From Squalus acanthias (Eukaryota), in contig CM059431.1 in assembly GCA_030390025.1 (NCBI GenBank), forward strand, positions 105,464,001 through 105,528,000: a stretch of DNA of 64,000 nucleotides, given 5' to 3'. This document shows positions 36,520-47,994 of the stretch, in pieces (position 1 is the stretch's first letter; every line of letters starts with the position of its first letter). The notes beneath the pieces were generated by a model that made no database searches, was not told the origin of the DNA, and saw only the letters and a list, made by a program, of their open reading frames with translations. Position numbers and translations under genes: made by a program.

Positions 36520-37332
36520 GGGGGAAAAATTCAGTTGGATTGCGCCTCCCATTAGCGCCTTAAGAGGGTGCTAATGGGGCGCAAAGCAACTAGCGCCTGT
36601 GCGTGGCGATCTTTGCGCCGCTCACGAAATTAACTAGACATTTTGCGATCTCCTGCGCCGGCCGATCGTGACGTCAGTCAAGAGTGCAACGCCCCGGTAG
36701 CACCCTGGACCGGATATTGAGTGGCGCCCCCTGTCTTACCTCCTGCCGCTAGCAACGACAGGTTGAGGGGAGCGTTTTGTAGTCAGGAATGGACTGGGGG
36801 AGCGCTATTTAAAGGCAACCGCTTCCTGCCTTCTTTTGCAAAATTTTTGCACCACGCATTCTGAGTGAGAGAGAGAGACTGCGGGAGATATTCAAAGCTG
36901 TGTTGAGGAGTTTTGGGTACTGAGCAGCACTTTGCAGGTTCTTTCTGGTTTGATCTTCCTTGCATTGATTTAGAAGAGAATATTGGGGCTGCAGTCAGAG
37001 CTCTTTCCCTGGGCCTCTCCATTGTTCTTTCCAACAGATTTGATGTACATGTCTCTCCAGGCCGAGATTCAAGGCTGCAATGAGCAGGGTGTGGATGTAG
37101 AGCAAGATTGACCCTCCCCTTTAAGAATTGGCCGGCGCCAGTCTGTCTGTATTCCATTGCTGACTGACATCACATGAGCTTCGCCAGCGCTCTGAGGTAG
37201 CGCCTCGCTCCTCGGCCTTTGCGCCTTAAGACAGGTGTGTAGCACCTGATTTAGCGCTCCAATCACCTCCAGGGGCGATAAAAGTCAAGTTTGCAGTCGG
37301 AGGTGATAATTAGCGCCAGGCGCTAAACTTTG
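36520..37332 (+). mobile_element. Internal-deletion derivative of the 13601-17826 Harbinger family
   Basis: 36520-36995 aligns with 13601-14110; 36998-37332 aligns with ~17440-17773; right TIR missing. Confidence 0.9.
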
Positions 37333-37968
37333 AGTTCCAGTGCTTGGTGCTGCTGGTGTGCCTGGTGATGTTGGTGCTGGGGCTGAGCGTGGAAGGAATC
37401 AGAGGAGCAAGGTGAGATCGTTTCTAGGGCACCGATGTTGCTGCAATAGATGGCAGCTGCAGGTGAGATGACAGAAGCGATCTGTCAATGGTGAGAGAGG
37501 TTGTTCCAATGAGATGGCACTGGGCATACAGTTGCCTCTAAACACTTGCAAGCTCAAGAAATCTCTATATGTCTTACAAATGCAGTAACCAACAGTTTCT
37601 GCTCTCTGAAACTGACCATCTGCAACATGGCATCCTTTACACCACTTCTGCAGCTGTCAGCTTATCAGATACATCAGAGCAGACTCAACTAACGCCAGGG
37701 TGCGCTGACGTGTTCCCTGAGCAGCAGGTAACCCGTGGGAGAGCACATAAACTTGGAAGGAAGCCTCAAAATAGCATTAAATTGGCTCTTAACAAGCCAT
37801 TTAATGAGCTCAATTGTCTCCCTCACCGCTTGGTGTCGGGTCAGTTCTCCGCTGACAGACCCGACACCTGGGAGACTCGCGTGGTTCCCTACCCGCTGTC
37901 AATCTTTGCTATTTTGACAGCGGACCCGCCTCCAAACCCGCCCTCTGAGCGCCGACAAAATCCAGCCC
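37333..37968. mobile_element. Harbinger-derived non-autonomous fragment
   Basis: Ends aaaatccagccc (TIR type of 38627 and 60038); subterminal motifs resemble 620-880. Confidence 0.55.
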
Positions 37969-38074
37969 TCTGCGTCTACTCTATCAAATTTAAGAACACA
38001 TTGCAATATTTAGTGGCAGATGTTTTAAACAACCCGTTTTTTAAAACTGAGACCTACAGTAGATTGTAATAATT

Positions 38075-38255
38075 GTATTGATGGCCCCTAGTTTTGGATT
38101 CTCCCACAAGTGGAAACATTCCCTCTGTATCTACCCTGTCCGACCCATTCATAATTTTAAAGACCTCTATCAGGTCACCTCCAAGTCTTCTGTTTTCTAA
38201 AGAAAAAATGCCCCAATCGGTTCCATCTTTCCCGATAGCTGTAATCTCTCAGTTC
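38075..38255 (-). mobile_element. CR1 ORF2 fragment
   Basis: Minus strand FSLENRRLGGDLIEVFKIMNG. Confidence 0.8.
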
Positions 38256-38626
38256 ACTCAGTTCATTTTAAAGTGACATTGACGGAGAACTGGGAAAAGG
38301 TCGCCTGGACATCCCACTTGTTTGGGGTTGGTTTACGATGCATCGTGGCCGTAAGAAAAAGAAAGTTCCGAAAATACTTGGGAGAATAAGAGTCAGACGC
38401 TAAAACAGATCAATTAATTTTAAAAGGCATTTCTCGTCTGCCCCCTGCAAGTGTCTTCCTGCACTGCTTGTTATATGTAGCGAGTGGGCATTCCCACACT
38501 GGAGCACCATCGAGATCAATAAGGCACTACATACAGGACCTTGAGCATAACCATTACATTGAATGTGCAAAGTGCAGCGCTGCCCATATTCTTTGACTAT
38601 CTGCGGACAACATATCTAACATAAAT

Positions 38627-39382
38627 GGGCTGGATTTTCCGACCCCCACGGGTGCGTATGAGTGGCGTACACGCCCGTAGGGGCCTCGCAAGTGCTGGTT
38701 TCAGGCATGCGAAGCGCGCGTGCGAAAACCCGGCACTTGCGATTTGTCAAGAATGACAGATCCTCCGCCTGCCCGGGAGAAGGTCCTCCGTGGGTGGAGA
38801 GTTCCGCTTTCTGCACAACCTCCGCCCGCTGAAAACCTTTAAAAATCTTACGCCCGGTAAAAGCCTGCGTAAGGCCTGCTTTTACCAGCATAAGAGTGTT
38901 GAAAAATAAAAAATAAACATTCTTTTCACTCATTTATAAATTTAAAAATACTTTTGAAAAAGGTAAGTTTATTTTTAGCCCCGTAAAAAACTAATTATTT
39001 TTTTCAAAAAATTAATTTGTTTAAAATATTTAATTTAATGTAATTTTAACTAATTTTAAATACGTGATTTAAAAAAGTTATTTAATGTTTAACTGTTTTT
39101 TAAGTGATTCCCATTTATACTTTTGACAGATCTGTGCGTAGAGACCTTTCAAAAGTGTGAAGGGGGATTCCCTTCTTTGATTGGTTCCCCATGGCCCACG
39201 TGATCCCAGGGACGCTCGCGAACTGCCTGCGCCCCTGGGATACCTGGGCCTCTGCGCATTTCGTAGAGCAGAGGCCCAGGATCGGAAGTCTCAGGACCTA
39301 CAGAGCCAGCAGGTAACTGCGTAGATTTTTTCTGATCGGAGGCATCCGCCCGCAGGAAGCCTCCGATCGGAAAATCCGGCCC
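38627..39382. mobile_element. Harbinger-type MITE
   Basis: 16-bp TIR gggc(t/c)ggattttccga, AT on both flanks; same family as 52250-52951 in reverse. Confidence 0.9.
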
Positions 39383-39414
39383 ATATCTGCAGCACTTCAC
39401 AGATCCAAGCTACC

Positions 39415-39612
39415 ATAAGGAGCAGTTTGAGGCGAATAGCATAGATGCATTTAAGGGGCAGTTCGATTAGTACATGAGGGAGAAAGGAAGAGAAGGTTAT
39501 GCTGATGGAGTGAGATGTAGAGGGGCGGGTGGAGGCTCGTGTGGAGCATAAACATCAGCACAGACCAGTTGGGCCGAATGGCCTGTTTCTGTGCTGTAAA
39601 CTCTATGTAATA
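39415..39612 (+). mobile_element. CR1 3' end
   Basis: gaggcgaatagcatagatgcatttaagggg...gttgggccgaatggcctgtttc. Confidence 0.9.
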
Positions 39613-40146
39613 CTCTCTGCTAATAATTCACTTTTAACATCAGTTTCTGCAGGGTACATTGATTGCTGCCTCAGCAGCTGACAAATGAGCAACATAATGT
39701 TCCATTATTAAAGTTAGTTTACATCAGTTTCTGCGGCAGAGATAATTCGAAATATCATTGCGGGTTACGAATTAAATAAAGAACCATAACAAAGATTTAA
39801 TGAATAAAAACATTCACGACTGTATAATTATCCCCTCATTAGAAGACTTGTAAATGAGCCTTTATGTTTTTGCAAGTTTTTATGCTTTCCGGTCAAATTG
39901 TTTCATTCATCTGTATCTAAATATACTAAAGATCTCCTGGCATATTCAGATTGCGCTCAAGGGATCTGACATTTAAGGTTGCAAACAATTCTAAATATCT
40001 CAGCAAATTAATCTTTCTCTTTTTTCCAAACTGGAAGTTGGACATTTCGGAGCCATTCCCGTGTATATTGGTGTCGAGATTTTCCTTTATAAGAGCTCTA
40101 AGCTGCACCTTTGTTTGATAGGACTTTGCTCTGATCGAAGAAGAAG

Positions 40147-40610
40147 CGTCAGCCGTGGCTCAGTGGGCAGCACACTCGGCTCTGAGTCCGAAGGTTGTGG
40201 GTTCAAGCCCCACTCCAGGGACTTGAGCACATAAAGCGAGGCTGACACTCCACTCCAGTGCCAGTGCTGAGGGAGTGCTGCACTGTCGGGAGGTGCCATC
40301 TTTCTGATGAGACGTTAAACTGAGGCCCCGTCTGCTCTCTCAGGTGGATGTAAAAGATCTATTTCGAAGAGAAGCAGCGGAGTTATCCCCGGTGTCCTGG
40401 CCAATACTTACCCCACAACATAACAAAAACAGATTATCTGGTCATGATTACATTGCTGTTTGTGGGGCCTTGCTGTGCGCAAATTGGCTGCTGCGTTCCC
40501 CACATTATAACAGTGACTGCACTCCAAAAGTACTTTCATTGGCTGTAAAGTGCTTTGAGATGTCCGGTGGTCGTGAAAGGCGCTATAGAAAAGCAAGTCT
40601 TTCTTTCTTT
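40147..40610 (+). mobile_element. DeuSINE/SacSINE1-like SINE
   Basis: Matches 4598-5050. Confidence 0.9.
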
Positions 40611-40827
40611 CAATATATCACGATGGCAATTAAGAGAACATTGATCCAAAAGGATCTCAATGTCCCCTTTACTCCTATTGTAAAATTTCTTGATAATGTT
40701 CAGTCTGGAGACCATGTTCCAGACCAATGAGTGAAATGCGATGATGTGAATAAGAGTTGCTGGTTCCTTTAAGTTTGTAAAGCAAAATTTTCCTTTTCTG
40801 TGTGCACAGATATGCAGATACAGGCAT

Positions 40828-41491
40828 CTCTTCTTAGGCAGTCCCTCAGAACCGAGGATGACTTGCTTCCACATTAAAAATGAGTTCTCAGGTGACTGAT
40901 GAGTCCAATGCAGGACCTACAGACTCTGTCACAGGTGGGGCAGACGGTGGTTGAAGGGTCGGGTGGGTGGGGTGCTTGGGTTGACATGCGCTCCTTCCGC
41001 TGTTAGTGCTTGGCTTCCGCTTGCTCCCGGCGAAGAGACTCGAGGTGTTCGGCGCCTTCCCCGATGCTTCTCCTCCACTTTGTACGGTCTCGGGCCAGGG
41101 ATTCCCAGGTGTCGGTGGGGATGTTGCACTTTTTCAAGGAGGCTTTGAGGGTATCCTTGAAGCATTTCCTCTGCCCACCTGGGGCTGTCTTGCCGTGTCA
41201 GAGCTCCGAGTAGAACGCTTGCTTTGGGAGTCTCGTATCGGGCATGCGGACGATGTGACCCGTCCATCGGAGCTGATCGAGCGTGGTCAAACCTTCGATG
41301 CTGGGGATGTTGGCCTGAGCGAGAACACTGACGTTGGTGCGCCTATCCTGCCAATGGATTTGCAGGATCGTGCGGAGGCAGCGTTGGTGGTACCTCTCCA
41401 GCGCTCTGAGGTGCCTGCTGTACATGGTCCATGTCTCTGAGGCATACAGCAGGGCGGGTATCACTACTGCTCTGTAGACTATACAGGTCTA
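40828..41491 (-). mobile_element. RTE (BovB-like) LINE 3' fragment with 13-bp TSD
   Basis: PALLYASETWT...QRCLRTIL.IHWQDRRTN...QLRWTGHIVRMPDTRLPKQ; TSD cagatacaggcat at 40815-40827 and 41492-41504. Confidence 0.92.
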
Positions 41492-42229
41492 CAGATACAG
41501 GCATATTTCAGTATTTGGACACACATAAAGCAGGGACATCCGCAAAGAGTACAAACTGAGTGGGACATATTGAAATATCAAACTAGTGAGTAAATTCCAT
41601 GTTTTAAAACTAATCTGCGAATGTGCACAAGGCAGAGGTAGAAAATGGCAAAAAAACAAAAAGGAAAAGAATCAAAAGGGGAAAGATTCACTCTATATAA
41701 AGCATAAAGCAGACTGTTTAATTCAGCAGTAAGCAGTGATCACCCACATAAAACAAACAGGGGGAGAGAAAAGCAACTTTGTTTCGCCTTAGCATAAAAT
41801 GTGTGCATAAATTGAAAGATAAGGGGACAAATTTCTCAATGGATTGAGAATAATGGATTGCAAACCCACTGAATAAAAAGAAATTAAGCTCAGCTCAATT
41901 TAAACAGTGAGACACAAAGTAAAAGGTAACATTTTTTTCCCCACAGAAGTAAAAAAGTAAGTGAGGATTGACAATCTCGGTTGTTGCAGGTACAACAAAT
42001 AAAGGCAGACTGCAATGAAACACGCAGAAGGTGATTTCATAACTGCAATAAAACAAGAAAATGTTACAACAGCAGCAAAGTGGGCGCGGCAATTCCGCAG
42101 ACAAGTGCAGCAACCAAACAAATTCGAAATTCACCACGACAGCTTCCAGAACTAGAATGACATGCATTAGAAGACTGTCTATCGAGGTAGATTTAAATGA
42201 AATGGAGTTCTATCAACGTAAAGACTTTG

Positions 42230-43575
42230 AATCACAGAATCAGAGAAATTTACAGCACAAAAGGAGCCCATTCAGCCCAACTTGTCCGCGCCGGCTGACA
42301 AAGAGCTATCCAGCCTAATCCCACTTTCCAGCTCTCGGTCCGTAGCCCTGTAGGTTACAGCACTTCAAGAGCATATCCAAGTGCTTTTTAAATGTGATGA
42401 GGGTTTCTGCCTCTACCACCCTTTCAGACAGTGAGTACCAGACCCCCACCACCCTCTGGGTGAAAAAATTTCTCCTCAACTCCCCTCTAATCCTGCTACC
42501 AATTACTTTAAATCTATGCCCCCTGGTTATTGACCCTTCTGCTAAGGGTCCTTCCTTTCCACTCTATCTCGGCCCCTCATAATTTTATACACCTCTATTA
42601 AATCTCTCCTCAGCCTCCTCTGTTCCAAAGAAAACAACCCCAGCCTATCCAATCTTTCCTCATAGCTAAAATTCCCCAGCCCAGGCAACGTCCTCGTAAA
42701 TCTCCTCTGCACCCCCTCTAGTGCAATCACATTTTTCCTGTAACGTGCTGACCAGAACTGCACGCAGTATTCGAGCTACGGCCTAACTAGTGTTTTATAC
42801 AGTTCTAGAATAACCTAGAAGAAGTATACTGTATTCGCTGCTCACGATGCGGTCTCCTCTACATTGGGGACACCAAACGCAGATTGGGCGACCGCTTTGC
42901 GGAACACCTCCGTTCAGTCCGTAAGGGTGACCCTGAGCTTCCGGTCGCCTGTCACTTTAATTCACCGCTTCACTCCCACTCTGATCTCTCTGTCCTCAGC
43001 CTATTACATTGTTCCAATGTAGCTCAACGTAAGCTCGAGGAACAGCACCTCATCTTTCGATTAGGCACTTTACAACCTTCTGGACTCAATATTGAGTTCA
43101 GCAATTTCAGACTATAACCCCTGCCCCCATTTTTCATGTCGTATGATTTTGCCATTCCCATTTGCAACATTTTTATCTTTCCTGCCTCTTACAAAAGCAC
43201 AGTCTGTTCCTTCAATTCCTTCCTCCCCTCCCCCCCTCCCCCCCGCCGCCACTGTCTCTGCACCTGCTTAATATCTGTTACATCTCCAGCTTTTACCAGT
43301 TCTGATGAAGGGTCCCAGACCTGAAACGTTAACTCTGTTTCTCTCTCCATGGATACTGCCTGGCCTGCTGAGTGTTTTCTGTTGTTATTTCTAGCATAAC
43401 CTCCCTGCTCTTGCATTCTATGCCTCGGCTAATAAAGGCAAGTATCCCGTATGCCTTCTTAACCACCTTATCTACCTGTCCTGCTACCTTCAGGGATCTG
43501 TGGACCTGCACTCCAAGGTCCCTCTGATCCTCTGCACTTCTCAGTGTCTGACCATTTACAGTGTATTCCCTTGCC
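42230..43575 (-). mobile_element. CR1 3' fragment interrupted by Penelope
   Basis: QRDLGVQVHRSLKV...GILAFISRGIE and VQRRFTR..YEERLDRLGLFSLEQRRLR. Confidence 0.92.
42816..43388 (+). mobile_element. Penelope 3' fragment with hammerhead at 43298-43334
   Basis: VYCIRCSRCGLLYIGDTKRRLGDRFAEH; flanked by ttctag(a/c)ataacct duplication; agttCTGATGAagggtc-cca-gacctGAAAcgttaact. Confidence 0.9.
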
Positions 43576-43697
43576 CAATACGAGACTCCCAAAACAAGCG
43601 CGCTACTCGGAGCTCCAACACGGCAAGAGAGCCCCAGGTGGGCAGAGGAAATGTTTCAAGGACACCCTCAAAGCCTCCTTGAAAAAGTGCAACACCC
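43576..43697 (+). mobile_element. RTE LINE fragment
   Basis: TRLPKQARYSELQHGKRAPGGQRKCFKDTLKASLKKCN. Confidence 0.85.
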
Positions 43698-43793
43698 CTC
43701 TCCCTCTCCCCACCCCCCTCCCCCTCTCCCCTCCCCCCTCTCCCTCTCCCCTCTCCTCCCCTCCCCACCCCCCTCCCCTCCCCTCCCTCCCCC
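43695..43793. repeat. C-rich polypyrimidine low-complexity tract
   Basis: About 100 bp of almost pure C/T in cccct-like units. Confidence 0.9.
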
Positions 43794-45327
43794 AATGGAC
43801 ACAAGTTGAAATAAGTTAGAGGCTAGATTAGCCAACTTTAGGCAGCCATGCAGAAAATGAAAATGTGGCTGAGCGTGCTCAATGTGAGTCTGACTGAAGT
43901 GGACATTGTAGAAGTTAACAAAGCTCAGCTGCCACACACAAAGGTTTTGGAAGTCAAAGCGCTCCAGCAAGAAGGAGCAACACAATATGTTGATTCCCAA
44001 GAGAATGCACAAGTTATCTGTCCACAAAAATGGAAATCTCTCAACAACAGGAACTATCTTACTAAGCTATGCAAAAAATACTGCTGGGAATACAAGAAAG
44101 AGAACTGGGATAGAGTGGCTGACAGTATATTCAGGCTAGAAAGATGTTTTGGTACATAGGAAAGCCTAGCTTTTTCAATACATCTTGCTTCTTCCATTGA
44201 ATGGCAGTTCTTTGTGACACAAGTTGCTGTTGTTACGAAAATAAAATGACCTTGAAACATTTTCTTAAGAAACGTAGTCGATCTCTGCAGAATAAAACAA
44301 CCACAGTGACTGGCCTCTTTAAAGGGTCGGGTTAACTGCAAACAGTTTGTGTTCCTCTTCAGCGATACGGACTTGGAGACTGAGAAGGGACTAAAAAAGG
44401 CAGAGATCGGACAAATTGCAGAAGGGATTCAGGGACCGGAACAGACAGGAATGTGACAGGACACAGATGGGAACCGCAGCAAATAAGATCGGAGTTTTAG
44501 GATTGATTCAAATTCAACCAAACAAGCCACTGAACTTCATTTCCCCCCGATTGCTAAATACACCTTCATCAGAACAAATAGCTATCGATATAGTAATGAG
44601 TAACACATTAACAAAATGTACACGATATTTCAAAGTGCGGAGCCCTAATGTGAATCCATTGTACAAAAATAACTAATAATGTTTTGATTTGTGTACCTGC
44701 CTTCATCATAATGAATGTGAGTTAGGTTGATTTCCTATTCCCCTCGCCCGCTGTTGTGGCTAATTTTAGAACTGGCCACCTGGAAGAAAGCATGCAAGAT
44801 CGCCTTATGTCAAGCACTTTTCAAAATCAGAAGGTCCAGCTGCTTAACAAGGCCTTGTGGTATTTAATGATACAAGTCTATTGACTGTAAGTGCTACTTT
44901 GAAATGCATGACTTATACAGGTATAGTGCAGACAAGTGTTTAGTCTTTACAAATTCTGCAGTGAACTTTAGTTTTATTCCACAATGAGCACATTGTCCAG
45001 GAGCAAAGCCCCCAGACAGTTTGCTTGCTTTGGAAGTCAGCACATTTTGCACTTTAATTAATTGACAAATACAGCAAATAGATTTAATTACAAATTAAAG
45101 TACTCATTCTACTGTTCCTTTCTGAAACTAATGCATAGCAATTTACTTTATTTATGATAAACAGCTACACATTTTTAAATTAGAGAACTGCAGTAATCGA
45201 CATTCAGTAATTATTCAATTACCATTTCACTAGACAACAAATTATTGTATAAACACTATTTCCTCAATTAAGTGGACTGTGGGACTAAACAATTCATAGA
45301 ACACTGTGTTGTCAGCTTTTGAACAAT

Positions 45328-46048
45328 GGCCCGGAATTTGCGGTCCCTGAATCCCTTCTGCGTTCGCTGTCATTCCGCCTTTGAAACTGACCGCAACTTC
45401 GGGATTTGACGCATGCGGACATCCTGACGTTGTGGTCTGTCATTCACACCTCTGACACAGGCTGCGCTGTGCCCCGCCCACCCCACACAGAGGCGGCAAT
45501 CAGTGAAATCTCTCAAATCAGGGAAACAGACGTAAACTTCGCTCTTCCGCAGTAATACTGCCGTTAAATTCCTCACTAAAAGTTAGACCCAATGGAGTTT
45601 TAACAGCGTATTAACTGCTAAACAAAGGTTATGGCCCTGAAAAACTAATTTTAATTTTGTGCAGTGTGAAATTTATCCATTTTAACAAGAATTAACATTT
45701 TTAAGAAACTTTAAATAAAATTTAATTTTTTTTAACATTTTGTTTATCTTTATTTCAGGTTTTCCTTTTCCCCGTGTGAAAGCCCCAATCTTTCTTTTGC
45801 TCTCTCTAACATTTTTAAAAATTTAGAATTTTAAGAGCTTATCCACTTCCTGGTTTGCCGTCTGTGAGAATTCTGCGTTTGGATTGGCTGCTTAGACAGC
45901 TTGTTGACATCACAGCAGCTCGCACTCGGGGATCCCCACTCTACTCCGTTGATTTGAATCGAATGTCGGAAAACCCGAACTTCTCGACACAGGGATCGCG
46001 AGATCCTTGTGCAAAGCTTACTCCGGGGCCAGCGGTGAACTGCGGGCC
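45328..46048. mobile_element. Harbinger-type MITE
   Basis: ggcccg...cgggcc termini, TSD AAT, AT-rich core. Confidence 0.8.
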
Positions 46049-46157
46049 AATGTGTTGGCGGGCACTACTCTCCATACATCCACTGGGAAACCTCTTAACA
46101 ATAGTCACTGTTAAAGTTCAGCAAACCTCGATTGTTCGGATACTCCATTTCAAAAAT

Positions 46158-46913
46158 GGCCCAGAATTTCCTTGTAATTTTCGACACAGTAACGGCGGAA
46201 GAGCCCCATTGCAATGTGGTTTTTTTTCCCCTCAGGAAATTCACGCACAAGTGGCTTATGCCAGTTTTACACCGGAACCTCGCTGTGCGTGTATTTCCTC
46301 AATTGGCTGCACTGCCCGAGTTACATCCGCTCATCTCATTGATATAGTTCTGCCCCCCCCCCCCCCCCAGACCAGAGTACGTGAGTTTCCTGCATTTACA
46401 CTAGTTTCGTACGGGCGTAAATCAACGCCCCAAAATTTAGGTGCAGCTCGGTCCAGATTTCTGGAGTTTGATAGCGATTTACTTCACGATTTATGTTGTT
46501 GTTGAAGTTTTCCCTCCGAGACCTGAACTCCACTTAACCAAAGTTCTATCAGTCTCAGTGCATTCAAAATGTTTCGGGCCGATGTGTTCAGAAGGACTAA
46601 GTTATAGGAACGTCTTCCCAATGGACATGCCTCTGTTCTGCGTAATAAAGGAAAAAGGAGGAGCAGAGGCAAGCTGATCCGAGAGCAAGGTGGCGTGACG
46701 GAAGACAGCACACATTCTTTTTACACTTTCCCTATTGCCCCTCCTGTTGGCGCTGCATTTGCACTTGATGTTCGCCGGTTTTTACCTTCTAGCGTAAGCA
46801 ACTGAGCACCGCAGGAAATCTGGGTGCAAGTTCTTGTCGGCAAGATTGGTGTAGAAATCGGAGTAAATTTCAGGATAATTCCAGCGTAAATGGGATCGAG
46901 GGAATTCCACGCC
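46158..46913. mobile_element. Possible MITE, or two MITE remnants around unique sequence
   Basis: ggcccagaatttcc / ggaattccacgcc termini with AAT on both flanks. Confidence 0.45.
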
Positions 46914-47157
46914 AATATGTTTGCAATTATTCGGACAACTGGCAACCAGAAGAGCTTGTTGTTCTGCCTCTGATGTTTATGCAGGAATTTGTGGCGCCAC
47001 TGCCTCTGGAGACACCCCGTGAGACTGTCTACTTCGGGGATGGTCAGCACCACATAAATGAGCAGACCTCACTGTTGCTGCTGTTGGTAGCAACATTGTA
47101 AGGCAGCCAAAACGTTACAGGTATTGATTGAGATGTGTGGGAGGCACAGATTCCTTT

Positions 47158-47912
47158 TGTAAGAATTCGCAGATTGAAAGAAATAATAGTCTCTTACGGG
47201 TTCAGCAGTTTGCCTAAGTTGATGACACAGAAGCATTCCAGTCATGTCAGAACAGGAGTTGCACAGAAAGCTGAATTATGAGGTCAGAACACAAAAACAG
47301 GCCTTCGAGTGGGCATAGCTAGGCCTGATAAGGGATGCAGCAAGGAGCTGTAGGATAAACAAGCTGTCTACAAGAGGGCAACAAGACCTTTAGAACAGAG
47401 ATAAGGAGGGGGCTGTCAGAGGTACCCTTTCCCTTGTAATTGGACAATGGGATGGGTAAAAATGATTGACACCAGCCCATCGAAATAAGGTATAAAAACA
47501 GGTGACCGAGAGGGGAAAACAGGCAGTTAGGGGCGAAGGCTTCCCTGAGGTGGCTACAGCCTAACACCTTGGTCAAGTTTAGCCTCTGAGGTGGATCAAT
47601 GCTGGCTGACGGCCTAACACCTCCAACAGCTCGAGGGACGACCCAACGGGAGTGACCACTGCCGCAGACTGCAGGAATCCACCCAATCCGGGACCACCGT
47701 ACTGCCTCGCCATCCATCTGTCAGGTCGTTTCATTCCATTCCAGGGCAGTAGATCGCCCTCATCTGTCACGGGTTGTATGTCTACTGTATCTATTTCAAT
47801 CGCATGTAGTAGTATCTGATTATGCTTTAAACTGTAGCTCTCTAATAAAAAGCTTTACAACTCCTAAGACCCTTTGGGTAATCTGTGCGTGACCTGTGAT
47901 CCAAATCTTACA
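47158..47912 (+). mobile_element. Solo LTR (755 bp)
   Basis: TGTAAGA...TCTTACA termini, 4-bp TSD CTTT, TATAAAAA at 47491, AATAAA at 47844. Confidence 0.92.
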
Positions 47913-47994
47913 CTTTCCAATATCAAGCAAGCAAATTAGGAATGTGCTTGGATACCAAATAAAATCCAAGTCCCTGAACTTTCAGCTCCTCAAT

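Noticed and set aside
39926..40108. ATLNVRSL resembling the start of a LINE APE endonuclease
   Set aside because: Single short motif with no downstream QET or other APE motifs
43848..44159. 103-aa ORF with a good Kozak context (MQKMKMWLSV...)
   Set aside because: No recognisable motif or splice support; a length this short can arise by chance
45855..46505. 216-aa ORF
   Set aside because: Spans two MITE ends; GC-rich chance ORF
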